A stretch of 32,000 nt of DNA. Origin: Planctomycetia bacterium. Lineage in GTDB: Bacteria; Planctomycetota; Brocadiia; Brocadiales; Brocadiaceae. Positions 1-9,777 of this stretch are shown here, in pieces (within the stretch, counting starts at the first letter, position 1; each line of letters starts with the position of its first letter). The position numbers and the translations under genes are program-made. The stretch spans positions 694,259 to 726,258 of the forward strand of contig JABTVC010000002.1 in assembly GCA_015075005.1 (NCBI GenBank). The letters are read 5' to 3'. A model generated the notes under the pieces. The model made no database searches, was not told the DNA's origin, and worked only from the letters and a program-made list of their open reading frames with translations.

Positions 1-1662
1 GTTGCAGACATGAAAATATACGAAATCCTTTATGCAAACAAATACTTACAGGATATGTTTGGAGATTTGGAGGGAAAAATCTGCTGGCAAGCACTTCAGG
101 CAAATCAGTCAAATCAATGCAGTTTTTGTACGAATGATAAACTTCTCGATACGGATGGAAATCCCACGGGTATTTACTCCTGGGAATTCCAAAATACTGT
201 CAATAAACGATGGTACTTAATTTCCGATAAGGCAATGAAGTGGGGGGATGGCCGTATCGTTCGGCTCGAAATAGCTATTGATATCACCGAGCGCAAAAGA
301 ATCCACGCTATTGATACTTTGCTTCATGAAATCGATCAATTAGTGCTGCAAGGACAAGCAGAGGACTTTATCCTGCCTTATATATGCACACGTCTTATTG
401 ACATCTTCTCTTATCCTCTGATCTGGATCGGCATAAAGGAGGAAGATGGTACTGTTGGTATTTCTGCACAAGCCGGTACCCACGTCGCCTATCTTAACGA
501 TCTCAAGGTACGATGGGGTAGTACCCCTGAGAATGAATGCATTATTGGCTTTGCCATCCGTACGGGAAAGACACAGGCGATCGAAACACAAGAACCCATG
601 CTTCAACTCTGCCATAAAAGAGCTTACCAGTATGGATTGCAATCCTTCGTTGTTGTCCCCCTAAGCGCTAAAAACATGGTACTCGGTACGCTTAACCTGT
701 ACGCCCTGACATCTAACGCCTTTGATACAGAAACGGTTCGTTTGCTGGAAAATCTAGCCGTACGTATTAGCGTAACCTTGCTGATAGCAAAAGACCAACA
801 ACAGTTACGTCTGCACAGCGCCGCAATGGCAGCGGTAGCCAGTGCTGTATTTATTACTGATTCTGGCGGCCAAATCACGTGGATCAATGAGGCGTTTATC
901 AAGCTGAGTGGATATACACGGGAAGACGTTCACGGCCATACCCCACGTCTATTCAAGTCTGGCAAATACGAGCCATCATTCTATCAGCAGATATGGCAGA
1001 CACTGATTGAAGGAAAGGTCTGGCAGGGAGAAATCATCAATCGTCATAAAGAAGGCAGCTTTTACATCGTGAACCAGACCATTACTCCGCTTCTGGATAA
1101 CGCCGGGAAGGTACGCTACTTTGTTGCCATACACGAAGACATTACGGATAAAAAGGCGTTTGAAGAACGAATCATACATATGGCGCACTACGACACACTA
1201 ACCAATCTGCCCAACCGTATCCTGTTTCGTGACCGCCTGCAACAGGAAATGATCCATGCCCGCCGCAATAAACGGCTAACAGCAATCATTTTTCTCGATC
1301 TGGATCGGTTCAAAATCATCAATGACACACTTGGTCACGCCTTTGGTGATTTAGTGCTTCATGCTTTAGCGGAACGGCTGAGGAGCTGTGTGCGTGAAGG
1401 AGATACCGTATCGCGAATTGGTGGAGATGAATTTACCTTCATTATCCCGGATATTGAGCATCCGCAGGATGCAGCCCTTATAGCGCAAAAAATTGTCAAT
1501 GCTATGTCCCCTTCCTTTCAGCTTGGTGGCAGGGAAATACACGTCACTCCCAGCCTGGGTATCGCCATATATCCATTAGATGCAGAAGACGCAGAGAATC
1601 TGATCAAAAAGGCAGACATTGCCATGTATCAGGCTAAAGAGCATGGCGGAGATACATTTTAG
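1..1662 (+). CDS. PAS-GAF-PAS-GGDEF sensor diguanylate cyclase part of a GGDEF/EAL protein; 5'-partial, ends at an in-frame TAG
   Basis: The frame is open from base 1, and the PAS strand ..VADMKIYEILYANKYL.. continues upstream of the Met at 10. A second PAS is present (ITWINEAFIKLSGYTREDVHG), plus a GAF-like middle region. Cyclase motifs: LTNLPNRILFRDRL, DLDRFKIINDTLGH, RIGGDEFTFI. Confidence 0.85.
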   Translation, partial: VADMKIYEILYANKYLQDMFGDLEGKICWQALQANQSNQCSFCTNDKLLDTDGNPTGIYSWEFQNTVNKRWYLISDKAMKWGDGRIVRLEIAIDITERKRIHAIDTLLHEIDQLVLQGQAEDFILPYICTRLIDIFSYPLIWIGIKEEDGTVGISAQAGTHVAYLNDLKVRWGSTPENECIIGFAIRTGKTQAIETQEPMLQLCHKRAYQYGLQSFVVVPLSAKNMVLGTLNLYALTSNAFDTETVRLLENLAVRISVTLLIAKDQQQLRLHSAAMAAVASAVFITDSGGQITWINEAFIKLSGYTREDVHGHTPRLFKSGKYEPSFYQQIWQTLIEGKVWQGEIINRHKEGSFYIVNQTITPLLDNAGKVRYFVAIHEDITDKKAFEERIIHMAHYDTLTNLPNRILFRDRLQQEMIHARRNKRLTAIIFLDLDRFKIINDTLGHAFGDLVLHALAERLRSCVREGDTVSRIGGDEFTFIIPDIEHPQDAALIAQKIVNAMSPSFQLGGREIHVTPSLGIAIYPLDAEDAENLIKKADIAMYQAKEHGGDTF

Positions 1663-1668
1663 ATTTAC

Positions 1669-2487
1669 ATGGATGATATGAACATTGATAGCCTTGAAAG
1701 GCTGGCGCTGGAAAATGACCTGAGAAAGGCACTGAAAAGAAGGGAGATGCTGGTGTATTACCAGCCACTTGTAGATCAGAGCACGGGACAAATCATGAGT
1801 GTGGAGGCCCTGGCACGTTGGCAGCATCCAAATCTGGGGATGATTTATCCCGCCAAATTCATTCCCATTGCCGAAGAAACGGGTCTCATTTTGCCGATTG
1901 GTGAATGGGTACTGATGACAGCTTGTTCCCAGGCCAAGGCATGGCACGATGAAGGATTTTCGACGCTCCGCATTACCGTAAATCTTTCAGTACGTCAATT
2001 TAAACAACAAAACTTTGTGAATACCGTCACAAGGGTGTTGCAGGCAACCGGTCTTGACCCACGCCTCCTGGAACTGGAACTTACCGAAGGCATTGTTATG
2101 CAAAATAGCATGGATGTCCTTGCAACGCTTCAGGAACTAAAGGCACTTGGGATATCCCTCTCCATTGATGATTTTGGCATCGAATATTCATCTTTGAGCT
2201 ACCTGAAACGATTTCCCATCGACACGATCAAGATTGACCGGTCATTTATCCGGGATATTGCTATAAACCAGGACGATGCAGCGATTGTCACCGCTATTAT
2301 CGCTGTGGCTGAAAGTCTCAAACTGAAGGTAGTAGCCGAAGGCGTTGAAAACAAAGACCAGGCTGCCTTTTTGCGTGAACTCCATTGCAATAACATTCAG
2401 GGGTACCTTTATAGCCGGCCTTTAGCTGCCATTGATATGGGACTTCTCTTGCAAAAAGGCACTATATTGAATATCGAGAATGAGTAG
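1669..2487 (+). CDS. EAL phosphodiesterase domain, in the same frame as the preceding GGDEF ORF (split gene)
   Basis: EAL-domain motifs: YYQPLVD, VEALARW, DDFGIEYSSLSYLKRFPIDTIKIDRSFI, EGVENKDQAAFL, QGYLYSRP. It lies in the same frame as 1..1662, separated by only TAG plus two codons. Confidence 0.85.
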   Translation: MDDMNIDSLERLALENDLRKALKRREMLVYYQPLVDQSTGQIMSVEALARWQHPNLGMIYPAKFIPIAEETGLILPIGEWVLMTACSQAKAWHDEGFSTLRITVNLSVRQFKQQNFVNTVTRVLQATGLDPRLLELELTEGIVMQNSMDVLATLQELKALGISLSIDDFGIEYSSLSYLKRFPIDTIKIDRSFIRDIAINQDDAAIVTAIIAVAESLKLKVVAEGVENKDQAAFLRELHCNNIQGYLYSRPLAAIDMGLLLQKGTILNIENE

Positions 2488-2540
2488 TCATATATTTATT
2501 TTTTAAGATGTGATCCCTCCCAAGCAATAAGGAGCCGAAT

Positions 2541-2968
2541 ATGATTTTTCGTAACTTTGACAAACATCGCGATAAAGGCCTGCTCATTTTAAGGGTTGGC
2601 ATAGGTATCATGTTTATGTGCCATGGTTTTCCCAAACTGACAGCGGGTCCGGTAGTATGGACAAAGCTTGGTGGAGCGTTATTGGCTATGGGTGTGAACT
2701 TCGTTCCTGGTTTTATGGGTTTTATTGCAGCTATCTCTGAATTTGGAGGCGGCCTATTACTAACTTTGGGGTTACTTACACGCCCTGCGTGCTTCTTTGT
2801 TAAGCACAATGATTGTAGCCACCCTCATGCATGTAAAAAAGTGGTGAGCCATTTACAACGTACTCTCATGCCCTTGAGGCGGCCATCTTGTTTTTTTAGT
2901 CTTCTGCTTTTGGGCCAGGCAAGATCTCCTTAGATGAGAAATTATTTAAAAAGAAGTGCAAATTATGA
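2541..2968 (+). pseudogene. DoxX-family membrane protein, frame-disrupted in its C-terminal half
   Basis: AAGGAG lies upstream of the ATG. The N-terminus is DoxX-like (GLLILRVGIGIMFMCHGFPKL, FIAAISEFGGGLLLTLGLLTRP). The rest of the family-typical sequence is only readable in other frames: STMIVATLMHVKK / GEPFTTYSHALEAAILFF / GPGKISLDEKLFKKK. Confidence 0.7.
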
Positions 2969-3190
2969 TTTGCCGATGGATTTGAGGAAGGGTATGAACA
3001 GTTTAAAATGGGAGTAATGCTCCGTCAGGCACGTGATGCAGCAGGATTATCCCAGGAAGAACTTGCGCACCGGCTTAAAACGAAGAAGACTACCATTTCA
3101 AGAATTGAAAATCATGCAGAAGACATTAAACTATCAACATGAAAACGTGTTCCAGTTGCTTTGGGAAAACGCCTGAAAGTTAGCATCGCT
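2969..3190 (+). pseudogene. XRE/HigA-type helix-turn-helix antitoxin fragment (5'-truncated, internal TGA)
   Basis: Reads [60 protein letters not shown](3140-3142)-KRVPVALGKRLKVSIA, a typical Cro/C1 HTH. It starts directly after the DoxX stop with no start codon or RBS of its own. Confidence 0.55.
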
Positions 3191-3300
3191 TTTGGAATTG
3201 CTTTGTTGATCGCCTTAATGGCTTCAATTGCTATTTCTTTACATTCACTATAATCAGGTGTTGTTAAAATTTTAAAACCGAACTTTCTATGGCTTAACAA
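3112..3300 (-). other. Possible HicB-like antitoxin N-terminal fragment
   Basis: GFKILTTPDYSECKEIAIEAIKAINKAI loosely follows the HicB pattern (PGC..G.T.EEAI.NA.EAI). It overlaps the XRE fragment on the opposite strand (3112-3190), and its recognisable motif lies just beyond the XRE end. Weak, pattern-only call. Confidence 0.2.
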
Positions 3301-3319
3301 AAAAGCGTACCTTTGTATT

Positions 3320-3541
3320 TTAGGTTTTCCAAGCTACTTTTCTGTACCGACCACCAAATTCATACTTTTTCGAATAAACGAATATGATAAACACGATATA
3401 AGCTTCTGGTTCGATATCTAATGGGATATCAATTAGTACTTCTTTTATTGGATCACTCCAATGCTTACATGCTTTGTCATCGGGAGAGAAATCCTTTAAT
3501 ACAAAATCGGGCGACTTTGATAATTGTTGAGAACTAACCAT
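3320..3541 (-). CDS. Hypothetical small protein (73 aa), no recognisable family
   Basis: ORF only. It sits in an AT-rich accessory stretch and no motif was recognised. Confidence 0.2.
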   Translation of the reverse strand: MVSSQQLSKSPDFVLKDFSPDDKACKHWSDPIKEVLIDIPLDIEPEAYIVFIIFVYSKKYEFGGRYRKVAWKT

Positions 3542-3753
3542 CTTTATTCTCTAATGACTTTAGTATTTAAGTATACAGAAATAATTCCTCAATATTTATG
3601 GAATTACGAAAAAATTCTGTATCTCGCCATAATTTATTTCTTAGCTTTAGTGAAATTTTTTGCATTGTATCAAAAGCAATCTTGGAATCAATGGTAAAAG
3701 ATGAACAAAAAACATGAAAACCTTCGGAATTTTTTTGGTTAGTTTCTTAATAA

Positions 3754-3871
3754 AAATATTTTTACATTTTTGGCAAAAACAATTTAGCATCGACTCTTGT
3801 GTAGCGCGGACTTCAGTTCGCAGGACAGCGACATAAATGTCGCACTACATGGTCCGACTCGTTCGAACGGG
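3754..3871 (+). repeat. Left copy of a ~120-bp structured element (conserved termini, GC-rich palindromic core)
   Basis: The outer end aaatatttttacatttttggcaaaaa (3754-3779) matches the reverse complement of 4325-4352 at about 24 of 26 positions. The inner end tccgactcgttcg(aa)cggg (3853-3871) matches the reverse complement of 4225-4239. The core contains the hairpin gcgacat-aa-atgtcgc (3828-3843). Confidence 0.7.
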
Positions 3872-3890
3872 TGTGTGGTGTCAAGTCTTG

Positions 3891-3917
3891 TTTTTTTGTG
3901 GAAATGTTTCAATATTT
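3891..3917 (+). repeat. Third, diverged copy of the 26-bp terminal motif
   Basis: tttttttgtggaaatgtttcaatattt resembles tttttttgccgaaaatgtaaaaatatat (4325-4352) in the same orientation, and is inverted relative to 3754-3779. Confidence 0.45.
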
Positions 3918-3935
3918 CTATAATGGGGAGCGATG

Positions 3936-4211
3936 TCATACCTGAAAATTTTTAAGATTTCCCCTCAGCTTCTTTAATGTCTCTATTTCTCCCGCCCACC
4001 TGATATACTCAAAATCATCCCCTACTTCTCCAGATAAATATTTTTTATAAAATATTTCGCTATCCATCTTGAATTTATCTTCGTAATTTCTTAGATTTTC
4101 CTTTGCCTTTTTGAGTCCAATCATAATGAGCTTTATCTCATTTTCCAGTGCACCTTTTACCAGCGTTCTTAATTCTTCAGTACCTTCAGATTTTATAATT
4201 ATCTTTGACAT
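3936..4211 (-). CDS. Small coiled-coil protein, antitoxin-like (91 aa)
   Basis: AGGAGG sits 6 nt upstream of the ATG (reverse complement of 4212-4225). The motif FYKKYLSGEVGDDFEYIRW resembles the 'F..kf..GELGD..DF.eW' signature I associate with small antitoxin-type proteins. No partner toxin gene is adjacent. Confidence 0.4.
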   Translation of the reverse strand: MSKIIIKSEGTEELRTLVKGALENEIKLIMIGLKKAKENLRNYEDKFKMDSEIFYKKYLSGEVGDDFEYIRWAGEIETLKKLRGNLKNFQV

Positions 4212-4224
4212 AACTACCTCCTAA

Positions 4225-4352
4225 CCCGAACGAGTCGGAATGCGTAGCGCGGGTGGTTTATCCCCTGCCAAATGCCGACCACAAGGGACTTCGTCGTGAG
4301 CTCAGTCGAACGACCGGCGCTACGTTTTTTTGCCGAAAATGTAAAAATATAT
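4225..4352 (-). repeat. Right, inverted copy of the ~120-bp structured element
   Basis: Its termini match the left copy (see 3754-3871). The interior has a long stem, cgtagcgcgggt (4243-4254) pairing with accggcgctacg (4313-4324), followed by T7. Confidence 0.7.
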
Positions 4353-4561
4353 TTTGTAAGATACCTGTACTATTGGCCAAAAAACAGAAAACGTCTTTTT
4401 ATTCTTGTATACTAACAAATAGAATACTAACGAAACTACCGCCATAAACTACAGAAATAGTATGAAGGTGTCAATATGCATTTATAGTATTACCTTGTAA
4501 AATCTTCTCTTTTTCTCAAGCGGTTCTTATGCAATCATCCCTTTACAAACCAATAAATCGC

Positions 4562-4591
4562 TTGACACTTTTATTCCAGATTCGTTATCAT
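4562..4591 (+). promoter_or_regulatory. Candidate sigma-70 promoter for gltX
   Basis: TTGACA (4562-4567), an 18-nt spacer, then TATCAT (4586-4591), about 45 nt upstream of the gltX TTG start. Confidence 0.3.
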
Positions 4592-4603
4592 GTAGTTTTG
4601 TAA

Positions 4604-5971
<1,368 letters not shown>

Positions 5972-6530
5972 TTTAAAAGCAACCACAGATTTTGCAGATT
6001 TCTCAGGTTTTTATATAACTATCTGTGTCATCTGGTACGCCAAGAAGCGTATATATTCAGTTGGTGCAAATCCAACCCGCCAATTGACCGTTCGGGCGGT
6101 AGTGAAAGAGGCAGAAAACCTCACGGAGGACGTAAACAGCGATGAATGCGTCTGAGTTCCCTGTAGCGAGCAGTCAGACCGTAGCGCAAGCGAACACGCA
6201 GGCTTCGTTACGCTAAAAACACGATAGATGAGCCCCGGATTGGGCGAAATCTGTAATCGCATAAGTAGAAAGAGACAAACGGTAGAACTATGCGGTGTCG
6301 TCGGAGTTGAGAGTGACGGTATGATTGTAAAGGTATATATATGAACTTGGGAGGTCTCATTGTTCAGGTTGATGACCGAAACGCATACTATAAGGGAAGC
6401 CGAAGGGTATAGCGGGATAATGAGAAGTCGGAGATGCCCATAGTAGTGAAGATGGTGAAGACAACATAACTTCACCGTAGCGAAGGGGCATTACTTCAGT
6501 TAGCGTTTACAAAGAAAGGAGGAAATTGTA

Positions 6531-7875
6531 TTGGGAGACCTACAAGCAATACCGAAATCGCAAAAGAGCGATGAGGAAAGAGTCCGAGACTTTCAGCGTA
6601 AACTATATCGAAAAGCCAAACAGGAAGAAGGATTTCGCTTTTATGTATTGTATGACAAGGTGAGAATGTTGCATTTTTGAGAGAGGCGCAAGCGTTGCAA
6701 AGCCAATGGAGGAAGCGCCAGGGCAGACGGATTACATTTGAAGATGTGGAGTCATACGGGGTGGAGAAAGCTTCTTGGAGAGATAATAGAGGAACTTGAA
6801 AACAAAACCTACGAACCACAGCCGGTACTGAGTGTACATACCTAAAACCAACGGTAAGACACGACCATTGGGAATCCCTGTGATAAAAGACAGGGTAGTG
6901 CAGATGAGTGTAAAGCTTGTAATAGAGCCGATATTCGAAGCAGACTTTGAAGATAGCTCCTATGATTCCGACCGAGGCGTTCAGCGGGCGATGCTGTGAA
7001 GAAAATCAAAGAAAACTGCGAGAAGGGAAAACAGAGGTATTTGATGCAGACCTTAGTTCTTATTTTGACACGATACCGCACAAGGAATTGTTACTGTTAA
7101 TAGGGATGAGGATAAACGACAAGAACGTACTGTACTTGATAAAAATGTGGTTAAAAAGCACCGGTGGTAGAGGAAAGCAAACCAGGTGGCGGGAGGAAAA
7201 ATAAGATAGGAACACCGCAGGAAGCGTAATATCACCATTATTAGCAAACATATATCTGCACATGCTCGACAAAGCAGTCAATAGAGAGAGATGGGGTTTT
7301 CTATAAGTATGGGATAACAATCATACGTTATGCGGATGATTGGGCATTGATGGCAAAGCGAATACCTCGTGAAGCATTAGACTATCTCAACAGGTTGTTA
7401 AAGAAGTTAAAGCTGAGTCTTAACGAGGATAAGAGTAAAATAGCAAAAGCTGAAGAAGAGAGCTTTGACTTTCTCGGACATACCATATCCTTCTCAGAAG
7501 ATTTGTTTGGTAGGAAACACAAGAAACACTGGAACATAGAACCAAGCAAGAAATCACAAAGAAGGTTAGGAAAAGATAGGAAACCACCTCAAGAGCAATG
7601 GGCATAAAGCGGCGGAAAAAGTAGCTAATGAATTGAATGCAATAACAATAGGATGGATAAATTACTTCACAACAGAGGGAGTAACGTATCCAAACAAGCG
7701 AAAAAGAGACCTACGATATTATCTTTTCAAGAGATTGACGAGATATTATAATAAGAGGAAAAGTCAGCGCAGGAGCAAGCTCTATAATCGAGGAGCGTTT
7801 AAGGAATTAGTCAATAGATATGGGCCAATAGACCCAACAAAATATGTTCCTGTCAGACAACCCGTGAAAGCTTAA
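6531..7875 (+). pseudogene. Group II intron-encoded reverse transcriptase/maturase, with multiple frameshifts and stops, no endonuclease domain
   Basis: AAAGGAGG (6515-6522) plus a TTG start. Pieces are spread over all three frames: FQRKLYRKAKQEEGFRFYVLYDKV; [45 protein letters not shown]; VFDADLSSYFDTIPHKELL..RINDKNVLYLIKMWLK; GTPQ..ISPLLANIYLH; IIRYADDWALM (YADD); SFDFLGH; and the X domain ITIGWINYF. Confidence 0.85.
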
Positions 7876-7888
7876 GAAGACTGTCGGA

Positions 7889-7919
7889 AAGCCGTGCGGG
7901 AAAATCGCATGCACGGTTT
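7889..7919 (+). ncRNA. Group II intron domain V-like hairpin
   Basis: aAGCcgtgc..gaaaa..gcacggttt. It has a 9-bp lower helix that starts with the AGC triad, a 3'-side bulge and an A-rich loop, 14 nt after the RT stop. The upper helix is shorter than canonical. Confidence 0.6.
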
Positions 7920-8084
7920 GACGAGGGGGCAGATGATAAGTATATGGCGGAGATATGGTGGCACTGGCGGGAAACCAGCCAGCAAACAGAGAAAACAAAC
8001 TTCTGCCTAAGTTCTCGTCGTCTGTTTCTACTCTACTGCAATCGGTGGTTTCATGTCTTTTGAGTTACGAAAATTATTTGTCAT

Positions 8085-8648
8085 ATGAACGTAAGGCTCT
8101 TTGTTGCAGTCGAGATTACCGGGGAAATCAGAAAAAAATTAGCGGAGTTTCAAGATGAGCTTAAAAAGGTGGATGCAGACGTAGGCTGGGTAGCCCCTGA
8201 AAATATTCATATTACGTTAAAATTTATTGGTGCTCTTGATGAAGAAAAAATTGAGGCAGTTACCACCGTAATAAGAGATTCTGTAACCCATATAAAGCCG
8301 TTTGATCTTGATTGCACAGGAGCAGGTACTCTCCCAACGGAGAAAAACCCACGGGTCATTTTTGCAGATGTGATAGATGCGGGTGGCATTTTGGCAAAAA
8401 TTCACGAAAGACTGAACAATCAATTCATGGCGCTGGGCGTAGAACATGAGGATCGCAAATTCACTGCACATCTTACGGTGGGACGTATAAAGACGCGCAG
8501 GAATGTGAGAAAACTTATAGAGCGTATATATTCGTATAATGGTTTTAATTTTGGCCCGGAACTGGTAACGCAGGTGGTTTTGATGAAGAGTGACCTTTCG
8601 CCGGAGGGACCCATATATACGAATTTGCATAGTGTTGATTTAGTTTAA
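8085..8648 (+). CDS. thpR: RNA 2',3'-cyclic phosphodiesterase (2H phosphoesterase, LigT/ThpR family)
   Basis: Two H-x-T-x motifs (HITLKF and HLTVGR) with typical spacing, and the N-terminus MNVRLFVAVEI. Confidence 0.8.
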   Translation: MNVRLFVAVEITGEIRKKLAEFQDELKKVDADVGWVAPENIHITLKFIGALDEEKIEAVTTVIRDSVTHIKPFDLDCTGAGTLPTEKNPRVIFADVIDAGGILAKIHERLNNQFMALGVEHEDRKFTAHLTVGRIKTRRNVRKLIERIYSYNGFNFGPELVTQVVLMKSDLSPEGPIYTNLHSVDLV

Positions 8649-8677
8649 CAGGCAGGTGACCTTCATATGGGTGAATT

Positions 8678-9769
8678 ATGATATCCAAACCAGAAGATGC
8701 AAATAAGGAAAAGCGACAGCAAGCCCTAGAACGAGCGGTCTCGCAAATAGAGAAGCAGTACGGAAAAGGAACGATCATGAAACTGGGTAGCGAGACGAGA
8801 TTAGACGTTCCGACCATCTCAACCGGGGCATTGTCCCTGGATATTGCGCTCGGTGTGGGGGGCATCCCGCGCGGAAGGGTTATCGAGATATTTGGCCCGG
8901 AATCTTCGGGCAAAACCACCTTAACTCTTCATATTATTGCTAACGCCCAAAAAGCGGGTGGTATGGCAGCCTTTATTGATGCCGAACACGCCCTTGACCC
9001 TGACTATGCCAAGAAGCTCGGAGTAGATTTAGATAATCTCATGGTTAACCAGCCCGATACAGGCGAACAGGCGCTTGAAATTGCAGAATTACTGGTAAGA
9101 AGCAATGCCGTTGATGTAGTTGCAATCGATTCCGTTGCGGCGCTCGTTCCTCGCGCAGAAATTGAGGGAGAGATGGGAGATTCACATATGGGGCTACAAG
9201 CACGGTTGATGTCTCAGGCGTTACGTAAATTAACGGGTTGTATCTCAAAATCCCAGACCAGTGTTATTTTTATAAACCAGATTCGGGAAAAGATCGGCGT
9301 CATGTATGGAGGAAATCCTGAAACAACTCCGGGTGGAAGGGCATTGAAATTCTACTCCTCGGTGCGTATCGATATCAGGAGGATTGGCAGTATAAAAGAC
9401 GGCGAGGTAACCATCGGGAACAGGGTGCGTGCAACCATTGCTAAAAACAAGGTTGCGGCGCCTTTTAAGAAGGCGGAGTTTGATATCCTCTACAATACGG
9501 GCATATCACGCGCAGGCGATATCATTGACCTCGGCGTCGAACGCCAAATCATTGAAAAATCTGGTACCTGGTTTTCTTACGGTGAAATCCGATTAGGGCA
9601 GGGCAGGGAAAATTCCAGGCAGTTTATCGAAGGAAAACCCGAATTGATGAAGGAAATTGAGCAAGCTGTCCTAAAAAAGATAAAACCGGAAATGGTTACA
9701 GAAAAAGCCTCTGAAAAAGCCCCCGAAAAAACCAAGGCAGAATCCGTCTCTAAAAAGGGTGAAAAGTAA
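8678..9769 (+). CDS. recA: Recombinase RecA
   Basis: [13 protein letters not shown] (Walker A), [72 protein letters not shown]. Confidence 0.97.
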   Translation: MISKPEDANKEKRQQALERAVSQIEKQYGKGTIMKLGSETRLDVPTISTGALSLDIALGVGGIPRGRVIEIFGPESSGKTTLTLHIIANAQKAGGMAAFIDAEHALDPDYAKKLGVDLDNLMVNQPDTGEQALEIAELLVRSNAVDVVAIDSVAALVPRAEIEGEMGDSHMGLQARLMSQALRKLTGCISKSQTSVIFINQIREKIGVMYGGNPETTPGGRALKFYSSVRIDIRRIGSIKDGEVTIGNRVRATIAKNKVAAPFKKAEFDILYNTGISRAGDIIDLGVERQIIEKSGTWFSYGEIRLGQGRENSRQFIEGKPELMKEIEQAVLKKIKPEMVTEKASEKAPEKTKAESVSKKGEK

Positions 9770-9777
9770 TTTAGTTT

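Noticed and set aside
1660-1662. TAG as pyrrolysine or programmed read-through
   Set aside because: There is no methylamine methyltransferase or pyl context in the window, and no downstream recoding structure is evident. The position is a variable linker residue. A point mutation or base-call error is simpler.
3853-3880. tRNA-like T-arm motif (gttcgaa; also agtcgaacg at 4304-4312)
   Set aside because: No acceptor, D or anticodon stems can be drawn around either site. Both belong to the repeated palindromic elements.
3872-4240. Integron gene cassette with an attC site
   Set aside because: The ORF is small and flanked by imperfect palindromes. However, I could not find a paired RYYYAAC / GTTRRRY core arrangement in the correct orientation downstream of the ORF. 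No integrase or neighbouring cassettes are present.
4253-4447. 64-aa ORF on the plus strand
   Set aside because: It runs through the right-hand repeat element and the promoter-proximal AT-rich DNA, with no RBS and no motif.
6011-6475. 154-aa ORF on the minus strand
   Set aside because: It lies in the ribozyme (domains I-III) part of the group II intron and is antisense to structured RNA.
7889-8648. Functional link between the 2H phosphoesterase (2'-5' RNA ligase family) gene and the lariat-forming intron next to it
   Set aside because: ligT/thpR directly upstream of recA is a common arrangement, seen for example in cinA-ligT-recA operons. The intron is decayed, so the adjacency is best explained by chance insertion into an intergenic region.
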